DNA from: Planctomycetota bacterium
Lineage (GTDB): Bacteria; Planctomycetota; UBA1135; UBA2386
DNA length: 64,000 nt
Direction of reading: 5' to 3'
Assembly: GCA_947501605.1 (NCBI GenBank)
Contig: CANMWZ010000012.1
Coordinates: forward strand, 42,795-106,794
Part shown: piece by piece, positions 10,709-19,761 of the stretch
Position numbering within the stretch: the stretch's first letter is position 1
Layout: every line of letters begins with the position of its first letter
Translations under genes and position numbers: made by a program
The notes under the pieces: generated by a model
The model's input: the letters and a program-made list of their open reading frames with translations, nothing else
Databases searched by the model: none
What the model was told of the DNA's origin: nothing

Positions 10709-10731
10709 AGATGGCCGTGCAATGGTGTCAA
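10704..10731 (-). promoter_or_regulatory. Sigma70-type promoter for the membrane protein/wHTH operon
   Basis: Minus strand TTGACA-16 nt-TACTTT; AT-rich hexamers stand out in this high-GC DNA. Confidence 0.6.
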
Positions 10732-10947
10732 GTACCTGGATCGTCGCCAGCGGGCCGGCCCGCTGGGCTCTTGTCCATCGTGCGCCCGGCTGCGAGCTCA
10801 GCGTTGCGCTTCCGCCACTCCGCACTGCAACACCGACCAACGCGCACGGCCGGCGCCGCCCAGTTGGGGGTCGCGATTCGCCGTGTTTGCTCCTCCCCGA
10901 TCCCGCGCGTTGCGTCCCCCCATTACGCTTCGTCGCTCGTGCTTCGC

Positions 10948-13900
10948 ATGCTCCGTCACCGCCAACGTCTGGTTCTCGCGCTCCTGCTTGCGCCATCACT
11001 CGCAGTCCAAGACCCTGCGGCGTCGATCCCGGTCCGGGTCACGGCAACGGTGGACCCCAGCTCGATCGCGGTCACCGGCAGTGCGCGCCTGCAGCTGCAC
11101 TTCGTCGCCGAGGAAGCGCTCGATCGGCCACTCTCCGTACGCATCGAGCTGCGCCGCGGTGGCCGCTCCTTTCTGCGCCGCGACCACACGCCGCCCGTCG
11201 CCACCAAGCAGTGGACCAAGGGCAAACCCGTCGACTACGCGATCCCGTTGGTGTTCCGCACCCAGCCCGCCGGCGTGAAAGCAGGCGACACCGTCGAGGT
11301 ATGCCTCGGGTTCTTCGATCCCGCCATCGACAAGGTCGTGCCGGGGCTCGCATCGTCCATCGGCAGCGACGGCATGGCAGCGGTGGCCAGCTTCGTGTTC
11401 CCCGACTTGTCGGCAACACCCGATGCCGCGGCCGTCGACGCCGTGATCGCAGCCGCCACCGCACTCGCCGCGAGACAACCCCAGGACGCCTGGGATCAGC
11501 TCGAATTCACCTTCCGGCGCATCGACGACTACCCGCTGAAGGACAAGCTGCAGAAGGCGCTCGCCGCGGTGGGCAAGATGCCGCCGGCGCCGCTTACGTT
11601 CGAAGAACACGACATCGTGCAAGGCCGCATCCGTGAGGAACGCGCGCGCTACCTGCGCCAGGTCGCCGGTCGCATGCACGATCGCGGCAAGCTGCTCGGC
11701 GCCCTGTTGCTGCTCGACGACGTCGGCGGCGCGCTGCAAGAGGACGCCGACCGCGCCGTGCTCGGGGCGCTTGGCGACCAACAGCGCGTTTCTCAGGATC
11801 GCGACGGCATCGTCGCCAAGGTCTTCGCACTCGACGACGCGCAGGACCGCGAGCTCAAGCAGCTCGACGCCAACACCCCAAAGGGGCAAGCGCGCTTCGA
11901 GGTCGCGACGAAGATGGCGAAGGACCGCAGCAAGCGGGCCGTCGCCCGTGAGCTGATGCGCACGCTCGAGTTCACGCCGGAGCTGCGCCAAGAAGCCGAG
12001 GTCGCGCGGGCCGCGATCGAGAAGGCCTGGCTGGACGACGTCCCCGCCGAGGAGCGCGTCGAAGCCGAAGCCGCCATGAATCACCCATGCTGGGCGCGAA
12101 CTGGGCAGCGCGTCTCCCATCGCTTCGTGCTGATCGGCCCGCAGCAACTCGTCGACGGCATCGTCGACGACAGCCTGCTGCGCTTCGACCTCGCCTACCT
12201 CTACCTCACCGATCTGTTCGGCCGCGTGCCCAACCCCGATGGCGATCGCGTCACCGTCTACTGGAAGGAACTGTGGGAGTTCGGCGGTGGCGTCGGTGGC
12301 GGCAAGATCATCGACATCGGCAACGCGGATGCGACGCAGAAGGCGCTGCGCGTCGACAACGGCCTGCTCTACCACGAGCTGACCCACTGCATCGACGACA
12401 CCGCACCGGTCTACGGCGGGATGCACGAAGGACTCGCCGATTTCGGCGCCGCCGTCGCGATGACGGAACTCCATCAGGTTGCCGGCGGCCGCGCCGCCAT
12501 GGGCTTGGCGGCACGCGCGTTCTTGCAGGACTACCTCGATCGCGATCTCGAGTACTGGCGCATCCCCAACTACGGGCCCAGCGCCGGCTTCTTCCTGCAC
12601 TTCATCACGACGTACGGCAAGAGCGGCGACGGCTACCGCTGGCAGTTGTATCGCAAGTTCTTCCGCGACTACCGCGCGTGCCCCATCAAGGACGCGCGCA
12701 CGCCAACGCTGGCTCGAGCTTTCGCGTTCCATCTCTGCGAAGCGTTCGGTGATCAGGCACTCGACGATCTCATTCGCTTCCGTTGGCCGCTGCTGCCGAG
12801 CGATCTCGCCGCAATTCGGCTCGAGCAGACAGCCGCCAAGAAGACCGCGCTCGGGCCGACTCTCGAAGACTCCCCCGGTTCGCCAGTGCCGCGCGATCGC
12901 ATGGCCTCGCGCCTACAAGCGGAGCGCGCTGAGCTTGCGGACCACACCCAGGAGCTCGGCGTCGTTCGCGACTGGTGGATCATCGGCCCGTTTCGCAAGC
13001 AAGGTGTCGATCCCGACACCTTCCGCTTCCCACCAGAAGTCGAGGTCGACCTGAAGGCGCGCTACGAGAGCATCAATTCCAACCCCACCTGGCGGAAGCC
13101 CGGACCCAAGCCCGTGACGGTCGATGCGACCGGCTGGCTCGCGTTTGACTTTGCCTACATGGACGACAGCGCGATCTACGCGCTGACGCACGTCGCATCC
13201 GACAAGGAACAGGAGGTGTCGTTCCACCTGCGTGCCGACGACGACGTCACGCTGTTTGTCGACGACGAACTGATCGGCAAGCATGACCACGCCCGCGGCC
13301 CGCTCGGACCGTGGCGTCCTGACTGGCGCGTGCAGCTGCCGGACGCAGTCCGCTTTGCCGTCAAACTGAGGAAGGGCCGCAACAAGGTGCTCGTGAAGGT
13401 CAAGAACACGTCCGGGCCATCGGGCCTGACCCTCGCCATCGCGCAGCGCAATGGTCTACCGCTGCCCGGTTGGAGCACAGACCTCGACGAACCGACCAAG
13501 CAGCTCGCGGCGGTCGAGTTGCCCGACGGCCAGAAGTGGCCATCTCGGTTTCGTGTGCGCTTTGACCAGACCGGAGCCCACCGAAAGCTGGACCCGACGG
13601 TCGGCAAGTGGCGCGTGCGCAATGGCGCGCTCGAGGGCTTCGCGACCGAACGCGAAGTCGAGTGGCGCAAGTACACCGTTCGCCCCGGCTTTCCCAAGGA
13701 CTCGCCCTCCAACCTCGCTTGGCTTCCCGAGAAGGCAACCGAACAACTCGACGCTTTCCGTCTGGTTGTCGAGTTGCCGGCCGACAACGCCGCGCCGAAG
13801 GCCTGCGTCATCGTGCAGGGCGACGGCCAGCGCGATGCCCTGTGCGGTCTCACGCTGATCCTCGAGCCGCACGACGACAGGGTTCGTGCCTACATCGAAC

Positions 13901-14142
13901 GCTACGACTTGCGTATCCACATGTCAGACCTCGTGCCCTTCACCAAGGACGGCAAGAAGTCGGTGGAACTCGAACTCACGTATTGGGCCAAGCGACTGTC
14001 GGTAAAGCTCGGCGGTCAGGTGTTGTTCGACCAAGCACCGCTGCTCCCGATCCCGGGCAAGACACGGATCGGGATTGCGACGTGGGGAGAGCAACTGCGC
14101 GTCGAGTCCATCGAACTGCGCGGGCCCTCGCGCACCAAGTGA
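10948..14142 (+). CDS. Large exported modular zinc metallopeptidase-like protein (HExxH...E) with PA14-like and lectin/DUF1080-like C-terminal domains
   Basis: Signal peptide from ATG 10948; LYHELTH followed by HEGLADF; WWIIGPF...RADDDVTLFVD...LRKGRNKVLVKV; GKWRVRNGALEG. Confidence 0.65.
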   Translation: MLRHRQRLVLALLLAPSLAVQDPAASIPVRVTATVDPSSIAVTGSARLQLHFVAEEALDRPLSVRIELRRGGRSFLRRDHTPPVATKQWTKGKPVDYAIPLVFRTQPAGVKAGDTVEVCLGFFDPAIDKVVPGLASSIGSDGMAAVASFVFPDLSATPDAAAVDAVIAAATALAARQPQDAWDQLEFTFRRIDDYPLKDKLQKALAAVGKMPPAPLTFEEHDIVQGRIREERARYLRQVAGRMHDRGKLLGALLLLDDVGGALQEDADRAVLGALGDQQRVSQDRDGIVAKVFALDDAQDRELKQLDANTPKGQARFEVATKMAKDRSKRAVARELMRTLEFTPELRQEAEVARAAIEKAWLDDVPAEERVEAEAAMNHPCWARTGQRVSHRFVLIGPQQLVDGIVDDSLLRFDLAYLYLTDLFGRVPNPDGDRVTVYWKELWEFGGGVGGGKIIDIGNADATQKALRVDNGLLYHELTHCIDDTAPVYGGMHEGLADFGAAVAMTELHQVAGGRAAMGLAARAFLQDYLDRDLEYWRIPNYGPSAGFFLHFITTYGKSGDGYRWQLYRKFFRDYRACPIKDARTPTLARAFAFHLCEAFGDQALDDLIRFRWPLLPSDLAAIRLEQTAAKKTALGPTLEDSPGSPVPRDRMASRLQAERAELADHTQELGVVRDWWIIGPFRKQGVDPDTFRFPPEVEVDLKARYESINSNPTWRKPGPKPVTVDATGWLAFDFAYMDDSAIYALTHVASDKEQEVSFHLRADDDVTLFVDDELIGKHDHARGPLGPWRPDWRVQLPDAVRFAVKLRKGRNKVLVKVKNTSGPSGLTLAIAQRNGLPLPGWSTDLDEPTKQLAAVELPDGQKWPSRFRVRFDQTGAHRKLDPTVGKWRVRNGALEGFATEREVEWRKYTVRPGFPKDSPSNLAWLPEKATEQLDAFRLVVELPADNAAPKACVIVQGDGQRDALCGLTLILEPHDDRVRAYIERYDLRIHMSDLVPFTKDGKKSVELELTYWAKRLSVKLGGQVLFDQAPLLPIPGKTRIGIATWGEQLRVESIELRGPSRTK

Positions 14143-14268
14143 CGAGAACTAGAGACCATGCAAGAGCTCGTCCGCGGTCAGAAGGATGCCGACTTCTTCG
14201 AGCACCACAGCCATCGCCTTGCCAGCACCAGGTAGTTGCCGGTCGACGCCGCGCGAGAACTGCGCGCT

Positions 14269-15672
14269 TCACGACAGCACAGCACGCACGACGCGACCGT
14301 GCACGTCGGTGAGTCGAAACTCGCGACCCTCGTAACGAAACGTCAGCCGTTCGTGATCGAAGCCGAGCAAGTGCAGCAAGGTCGCGTTGAGGTCGTGCAC
14401 GTGCACCGGGTCGGCGACCACGTTGTAGCCCAGTTCATCGGTGGCTCCGACCTGAGCCCCCGCGCGCACGCCGCCGCCCGCAAGCCAGGTGACGAAACAG
14501 CGCGGATGATGGTCGCGGCCGAAGCTACCGTCCTCGAGCTCGCCCTGGGCGTAGACCGTCCGACCGAACTCGCTGGTCCAGACCACCAGCGTGTCGTCGA
14601 GCATGCCGCGCTGGCGGAGGTCGATCAGCAGCGCCGCCGTCGCACGATCGATGTCCGCGCACTGCCGCGGCAGGTCCAAATCCAGGTTGCGGTGTTGATC
14701 CCAACCGCGATGGTAGATCTGGACGCAGCGCACGCCGCGCTCCAGCAGTCGCCGCGCCATCAGCGCATTGTTGGCAAACGTGCCCCGCGTCATCACCTCC
14801 TGGCCATAGAGCGCACGAACGTGCTCCGGCTCGGACTCGAACGCGACGAGTTCTGGCACCGCCATCTGCATGCGGAACGCCAACTCCGCTTGCTGCTGCC
14901 GCGCCGCGATGCCGGGATCGAGATAGCGCTCGTGAGCTGCCGCGTTGAGTTCGGCCATCGCTGCGAGTTGCTGGCCGCGGTTCGCACGCGTGATGCCGGC
15001 TGGGTTCTGCAAGAACAGCACGGGATCGCCCTGACCGCGCAGCAACACCCCCTGGTGCTCTGCCGGCAGAAAGCCTGCGCCCCACAATCGGTGATAGAGC
15101 GGCTGATCGACCTTGGGCCCGCTCCATGAGGAGTGCAGCACGACAAAGGCAGGCAAGTCGCGCGCCTCGCTGCCCATCGCCCACGCGAGCCACGCACCAA
15201 AGCTCGGGCGCCCCGACTGCTCTGAACCGGTCTGCAGCAGATTGATCGCCGGTTCGTGGTTGATGGCGTCGGTATGCATCGAACGCACGATCGCCAGTTC
15301 ATCGATGACTTGGGCCGTGAACGGCAGCAAGTCGCTGATCCACGCGCCGCACCGCCCCCGTTGCGCGAAGGCGCGCCGCGTGTTGACGATGCGAAGTCGC
15401 TTCTGACTCGAGGTCATCGTCGTGATGCGTTGGCCTTGTCGCACCGAGTCCGGCAAGTCAGATCCGTGCCAGCGCGCCAGTTCTGGCTTGTGGTCAAACA
15501 GGTCGTGCTGCGAAGGTCCGCCCGACATGTGCAGGTAGATCACGCGGCGCGCGCGCGCGGCAAAGTGCGGCAATCGCCGTGGCTCATCGCCCAGTCCGAA
15601 GAATGCGGCGCCTGCCGTCGCGAACACGGACCTCGCCAAGAACGTCCTGCGGTCCGTTACGGGTGCGTCCAT
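14269..15672 (-). CDS. DUF1501 domain protein (Tat-exported, sulfatase-like)
   Basis: DRRTFL Tat motif, MSGGPSQHDLFDHKP, GWDQH, SEFGRT, GRDHHP, HVHDLNATLLHLLG. Confidence 0.92.
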   Translation of the reverse strand: MDAPVTDRRTFLARSVFATAGAAFFGLGDEPRRLPHFAARARRVIYLHMSGGPSQHDLFDHKPELARWHGSDLPDSVRQGQRITTMTSSQKRLRIVNTRRAFAQRGRCGAWISDLLPFTAQVIDELAIVRSMHTDAINHEPAINLLQTGSEQSGRPSFGAWLAWAMGSEARDLPAFVVLHSSWSGPKVDQPLYHRLWGAGFLPAEHQGVLLRGQGDPVLFLQNPAGITRANRGQQLAAMAELNAAAHERYLDPGIAARQQQAELAFRMQMAVPELVAFESEPEHVRALYGQEVMTRGTFANNALMARRLLERGVRCVQIYHRGWDQHRNLDLDLPRQCADIDRATAALLIDLRQRGMLDDTLVVWTSEFGRTVYAQGELEDGSFGRDHHPRCFVTWLAGGGVRAGAQVGATDELGYNVVADPVHVHDLNATLLHLLGFDHERLTFRYEGREFRLTDVHGRVVRAVLS

Positions 15673-15673
15673 G

Positions 15674-18169
15674 TCAGTTGCGATGCAGCGCTTCGTCGAG
15701 CGACAACAGCAGGTTGGTGAGCACCGTCCACGCCGTCAGTTGCTCCGTCGCTGTCGTCAGCGTCGGGTGCCGATCGAGCAGGCGAAGACAGGTCGCTGTC
15801 TCCGCCGTCGTCGGTTCGCGCTGCAGCACGGTGCGGAAGGCAAAGTGCACCCGAACCACGTCATCGTCGCTCGCCGCAAGACACCGTTCGGCAAATGCGC
15901 GCGCCGCCTCGACGAGGCCTTCGTCGTTCCACAGGGCGAGAACTTGCAGCGGCGTGTTGGTCACTTGGCGTTCGACCACACAGTGCTCGCGACCCGGCGC
16001 GTCGAAGATCGACATGAGGGGTGGCGGGGCCGTGCGCTTCCAAAACGTGTAGAGGCTGCGGCGATGCAGCGCGTCGCCGGTGTCGGCCGTGTAGCGCTCG
16101 GTGTTGCTGCCCGGAAACGCGACGGCCTCCCAGATGCCCGGCGGCTGCGAGATACGCACGCTCGGCCCACCGATCGTCGGCACCAGCAAGCCGGCGATGG
16201 CCAGCGCCTGATCCCGAATCGACTCGGCCGGCAGACGAAGGCGCGGCATGCGCATCAGGTAGAGGTTGTCGGGGTCCCGCTCTAGCTGCAAGGGCTGCAC
16301 GCGCGACGACTGTCGATAGGTCGCCGAGGTCACCAGCAGAGTGTGCAGGTGGCGCTCGTCAAAGCCGCTGTCGCGAAACTCGCAGGCCAGCCAGTCGAGC
16401 AGCGCTTCGTGACTGGGACGCGCGCCGAGAACGCCGAAGTCGTGCGGCGTTGCGACCAGCCCGCGCCCGAAATGGCGCTGCCAGATGCGGTTGACGGCGA
16501 CGCGCGCGGTCAGCGGATGGTCGCGATCGAACAGCCACGCGGCGAGCGCACGACGGTCCGCTGGCAACGAGGCCGGCAACGGCGGCAAGAAGCTCGGCGT
16601 GCCGGGAGTCACGCGTTCGCCGTGCAGGTCGTAGCGCCCGCGCAGCAGCACGTGCACGGCTCTTGGCTCAGCCAAGTCCGCGCTGACCATGCACTGCGGC
16701 AGAGCAGCATCGAACGCGGCGAGCGCCCGCAGCGCGTCCCGCAGGCGCTCGGGCTGCGCCGTCAACTCCGCCGCAGTTGCGTGGATCGCGAAGCGACCGA
16801 TGAGATGCCGCGCATGCACCGACTGGTGGCACAGACGAACTTCGATCGTCGTCGTCGCTGCAGGCAACGGCGCCGCAAATGCGACCTGCAGGTGCATCGG
16901 TTCGTGCCGGCCTTGCACAGCCCATCCGGTGGTCGCATCGCCGTCGATTGCACGCATTGGCTCGTGGCCCTCTTGCGCGTAGTCGGCATCGGCGGTCGCC
17001 AGCGCGATGCGCTGCGGTTTGCCCTCGACAGAGGCGAACACTGCAAGCTCACAGAGCACGAAGTTGCCGTTGTCGGCGCGACCTGGACCGCGTTCCGGCA
17101 GACTGTCGTCGGGCAAGACCGAAAGCCGCAGCGCACGCACCGCGGCAAAGGAACCGGTGGCGCGCACCACGTAGTCCGCGCGCTCCGGCACCGCCCCGGT
17201 CGCCACCAGGGACCCATCGTCGCGCGCTGCAAACGGCGTTGGGCCAACGGCCGCGAGATCGAGCCGTTGCCACCCAAGGCCATCAAACCCGGCCTGCGCA
17301 GCGATCACCGCCGCATCGAGACGCTGGCGTTCGGCGACTTCGTGGACCCGCGGCGCCGGGATCGCCGGCGCCGGCGCGAGGTCCCCACCATCGTTGCCGG
17401 CCTCGGCGAAGGACGCGAAGTAAGCCGACAAGCGGTAGTAGTCGCGCTGCGACAGTGGATCCGACTTGTGGTCGTGGCACTGCGCGCAGCCGACCGTCAA
17501 CCCGAGCAAGGCCGTGCCAAAGGCGTCGGTTCGGCTCTTGGCATAGAGGACGAGGTACTCCTCCGGGATCAGCCCGCCTTCGTCGGAGCTCGGGTTGTTG
17601 CGCAAGAACCCGCTGGCGATGCGCTGCGCGGTGGTCGCGTTCTGCAACAGGTCGCCGGCGAGTTGTTCGGTGACGAAGCGATCAAACGGCATGTTCGCCA
17701 GCTGGGCGTCGAGCACCCAATCGCGCCAGCGCCACAACGAACGCACTTGATCGCGCTGCATGCCGTGAGTGTCGGCATAGCGAGCAAGGTCGAGCCACAG
17801 GCGCGTCGACTCCTCGGCTGCCGCTGGCGACGCGAGCAACTGCTGCACGACGCGTTCGTGGGCATCGCTGCTCGCGTCGAGTTGAAACCTCTCGAGGTCG
17901 GCGAGAGTCGGCGGCAAGCCGGTGAGGTCGAAGGTTACACGCCGCAGCCACTCAGCCCGAGACGCCTCGGGCGACGGCGACAAACCGCGACCAGTGGAAC
18001 GCGCAAGCACGAAGCGATCGACGTCATTGCGGGACCAGTCGTCCGCAGCTCGGGTCGCGAGGTCGACCTTTGGCACCGCGGGGCGAACCGGCGGCACGAA
18101 AGCCCAGTGCCGTTCTTGGGCGCCTAGGCCTGTGACCAACAGACTGGCGATGAGGAGGCGAGCCGCCAT
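15674..18169 (-). CDS. PSD1/PSCyt2 (DUF1549/DUF1553) planctomycete cytochrome-c-like protein
   Basis: HWAFVPP, LRRVTFDLTGLPPT, WLDLARYADT, EQLAGDLL, CAQCHDHK, HPLTARVAVNRIWQ, TNTPLQ; discoidin-like insert. Confidence 0.92.
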   Translation of the reverse strand: MAARLLIASLLVTGLGAQERHWAFVPPVRPAVPKVDLATRAADDWSRNDVDRFVLARSTGRGLSPSPEASRAEWLRRVTFDLTGLPPTLADLERFQLDASSDAHERVVQQLLASPAAAEESTRLWLDLARYADTHGMQRDQVRSLWRWRDWVLDAQLANMPFDRFVTEQLAGDLLQNATTAQRIASGFLRNNPSSDEGGLIPEEYLVLYAKSRTDAFGTALLGLTVGCAQCHDHKSDPLSQRDYYRLSAYFASFAEAGNDGGDLAPAPAIPAPRVHEVAERQRLDAAVIAAQAGFDGLGWQRLDLAAVGPTPFAARDDGSLVATGAVPERADYVVRATGSFAAVRALRLSVLPDDSLPERGPGRADNGNFVLCELAVFASVEGKPQRIALATADADYAQEGHEPMRAIDGDATTGWAVQGRHEPMHLQVAFAAPLPAATTTIEVRLCHQSVHARHLIGRFAIHATAAELTAQPERLRDALRALAAFDAALPQCMVSADLAEPRAVHVLLRGRYDLHGERVTPGTPSFLPPLPASLPADRRALAAWLFDRDHPLTARVAVNRIWQRHFGRGLVATPHDFGVLGARPSHEALLDWLACEFRDSGFDERHLHTLLVTSATYRQSSRVQPLQLERDPDNLYLMRMPRLRLPAESIRDQALAIAGLLVPTIGGPSVRISQPPGIWEAVAFPGSNTERYTADTGDALHRRSLYTFWKRTAPPPLMSIFDAPGREHCVVERQVTNTPLQVLALWNDEGLVEAARAFAERCLAASDDDVVRVHFAFRTVLQREPTTAETATCLRLLDRHPTLTTATEQLTAWTVLTNLLLSLDEALHRN

Positions 18170-18443
18170 CGACCCAGCGTAGCGGCACTGGCGCGCGACC
18201 GGTCACGCGGCGGTGTTCGGACCTGCGATGTCCGGCAGCCACCCGATCGATTCCCTGCTTCGGCACGCCGAGTTCTTGCGGCGTCTGAATCGACGCTTTC
18301 CTCGCCTGCCGCGCTGACCACGCGACCGCTCTCGCCGCCGTTCCCGTGCTCGCCGAAGTGGTACGCGGCGGTCAAGCTCTGGATGCAGTGACTGGCGCGC
18401 AAACGACGCCCGCACGGCTGGGACTCGGTATGTTCTGCCGCGC

Positions 18444-18692
18444 ATGTCGCACGCACCGCCAGCTAAGAGCCCACCATCGGGCGCGCCCAATCGACACAAG
18501 ATGGTACTGCTGACCTGGATGGGAATCTGGCCAACGATCACGACCGTGCTCTGGCTCTTGCTGCCACACCTCCTGCCGCACTTCCCGCTGCCGGTGGTCA
18601 CGCTGATCGTCACCGCGATCGTGGTGCCGTTGATGGGCTACGTGGTCATGCCGTTCTTGCTGCGGCGGTTTGGGGGCTGGGTTCGGCAGTGA
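18444..18692 (+). CDS. Small 2-TM membrane protein resembling the membrane tail of ABM-fold membrane proteins
   Basis: PNRHKMVLLTWMGIWP...VPLMGYVVMP...FGGW. Confidence 0.65.
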   Translation: MSHAPPAKSPPSGAPNRHKMVLLTWMGIWPTITTVLWLLLPHLLPHFPLPVVTLIVTAIVVPLMGYVVMPFLLRRFGGWVRQ

Positions 18693-18795
18693 CTGCAGGA
18701 GTCGGCGAATCGCGCGCGGTGCCGCGTGTGCTGCGCGCGCCAGTCTGTGGCCGCCCATTCGCCCAGCGAAGCCCCTCTCGGTTACCCTTCGCCCG

Positions 18796-19608
18796 ATGGT
18801 CCGCACCGAAGTCCACCGCATTACTTCCGGCACTGGGTTCCGGCTCGCCGATCACGATCCGCGTAGCACCAAGGCCTTCGATGGCGACAAGGCTGCGGCG
18901 CTCGAGCACCAGGCGCGTTGCAACGCGCGGCTCGAAGCCCTCCAAGAAGCCATGTACGCCGAAGGTCGCCAGCGCCTACTGGTCGTGCTTCAGGCAATGG
19001 ACGCTGGCGGGAAGGACGGCACGATCCGCAGTGTTTTCGACGGCGTGAATCCCCAGGGCGTAACGGTCAAGTGCTTCAAGAAGCCGACCGAAGCGGAGCT
19101 CGCGCACGACTTCTTGTGGCGCGTCCATCCGCATGCTCCGGGCCAGGGCGAGATCGCGATCTGGAACCGCAGTCACTACGAAGATGTGCTGGTCGTACGG
19201 GTTCACAACCTCGTGACCAAACCAGTCTGGCATCGCCGCTACCACCACATCGCCGCGTTCGAACAACTGCTCGTCGAGGAGGGCACCGTGGTCCTCAAGT
19301 TCTTCCTCCACATCTCCAAGGACGAGCAGCAGCAACGGCTGCAGGAGCGCATCGACAACCCGGCGAAGCGATGGAAGTGGAACGACGGCGACCTCGCCGA
19401 ACGCCAGCATTGGGACGACTACCAGAGCGCCTACGAAGACGCGATCGCGGCAACGAGCACGAAGACCGCACCGTGGTACGTGGTTCCCGCCGATCGCAAC
19501 TGGTACCGCAACCTCATCGTCTCCCAGGTTCTGGTCGAGACGCTCGAAGCGATGAAGATCGGAATGCCAGAAGTGGATCCGAAGATCGCCAGCATCCGCG
19601 TCGAGTGA
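18796..19608 (+). CDS. ppk2: Polyphosphate kinase 2 family protein (probably class III)
   Basis: QAMDAGGKDG Walker A, FKKPT..ELAHDFLWR, NRSHYEDV, KFFLHISKDEQ, APWYVVPAD; start ATG 18796. Confidence 0.93.
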   Translation: MVRTEVHRITSGTGFRLADHDPRSTKAFDGDKAAALEHQARCNARLEALQEAMYAEGRQRLLVVLQAMDAGGKDGTIRSVFDGVNPQGVTVKCFKKPTEAELAHDFLWRVHPHAPGQGEIAIWNRSHYEDVLVVRVHNLVTKPVWHRRYHHIAAFEQLLVEEGTVVLKFFLHISKDEQQQRLQERIDNPAKRWKWNDGDLAERQHWDDYQSAYEDAIAATSTKTAPWYVVPADRNWYRNLIVSQVLVETLEAMKIGMPEVDPKIASIRVE

Positions 19609-19761
19609 GCGAGTGCCGTTCGCTCGACATGTTGGCGCCGGATCATCGACGGCCTCGCGGCCAACCTCGCAGCGGTATCAGCCGATGGCAGCAGTCGCCC
19701 GACTCTCGCTGCGACACCAGACCCATGGACCTCGTCCGGCGCAGGCACAGAGCGACCGCTC

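Noticed and set aside
14158..14235. 25-codon ORF MQELVRGQKDADFFEHH... between convergent genes
   Set aside because: Too short, with no recognisable motif or supporting signal.
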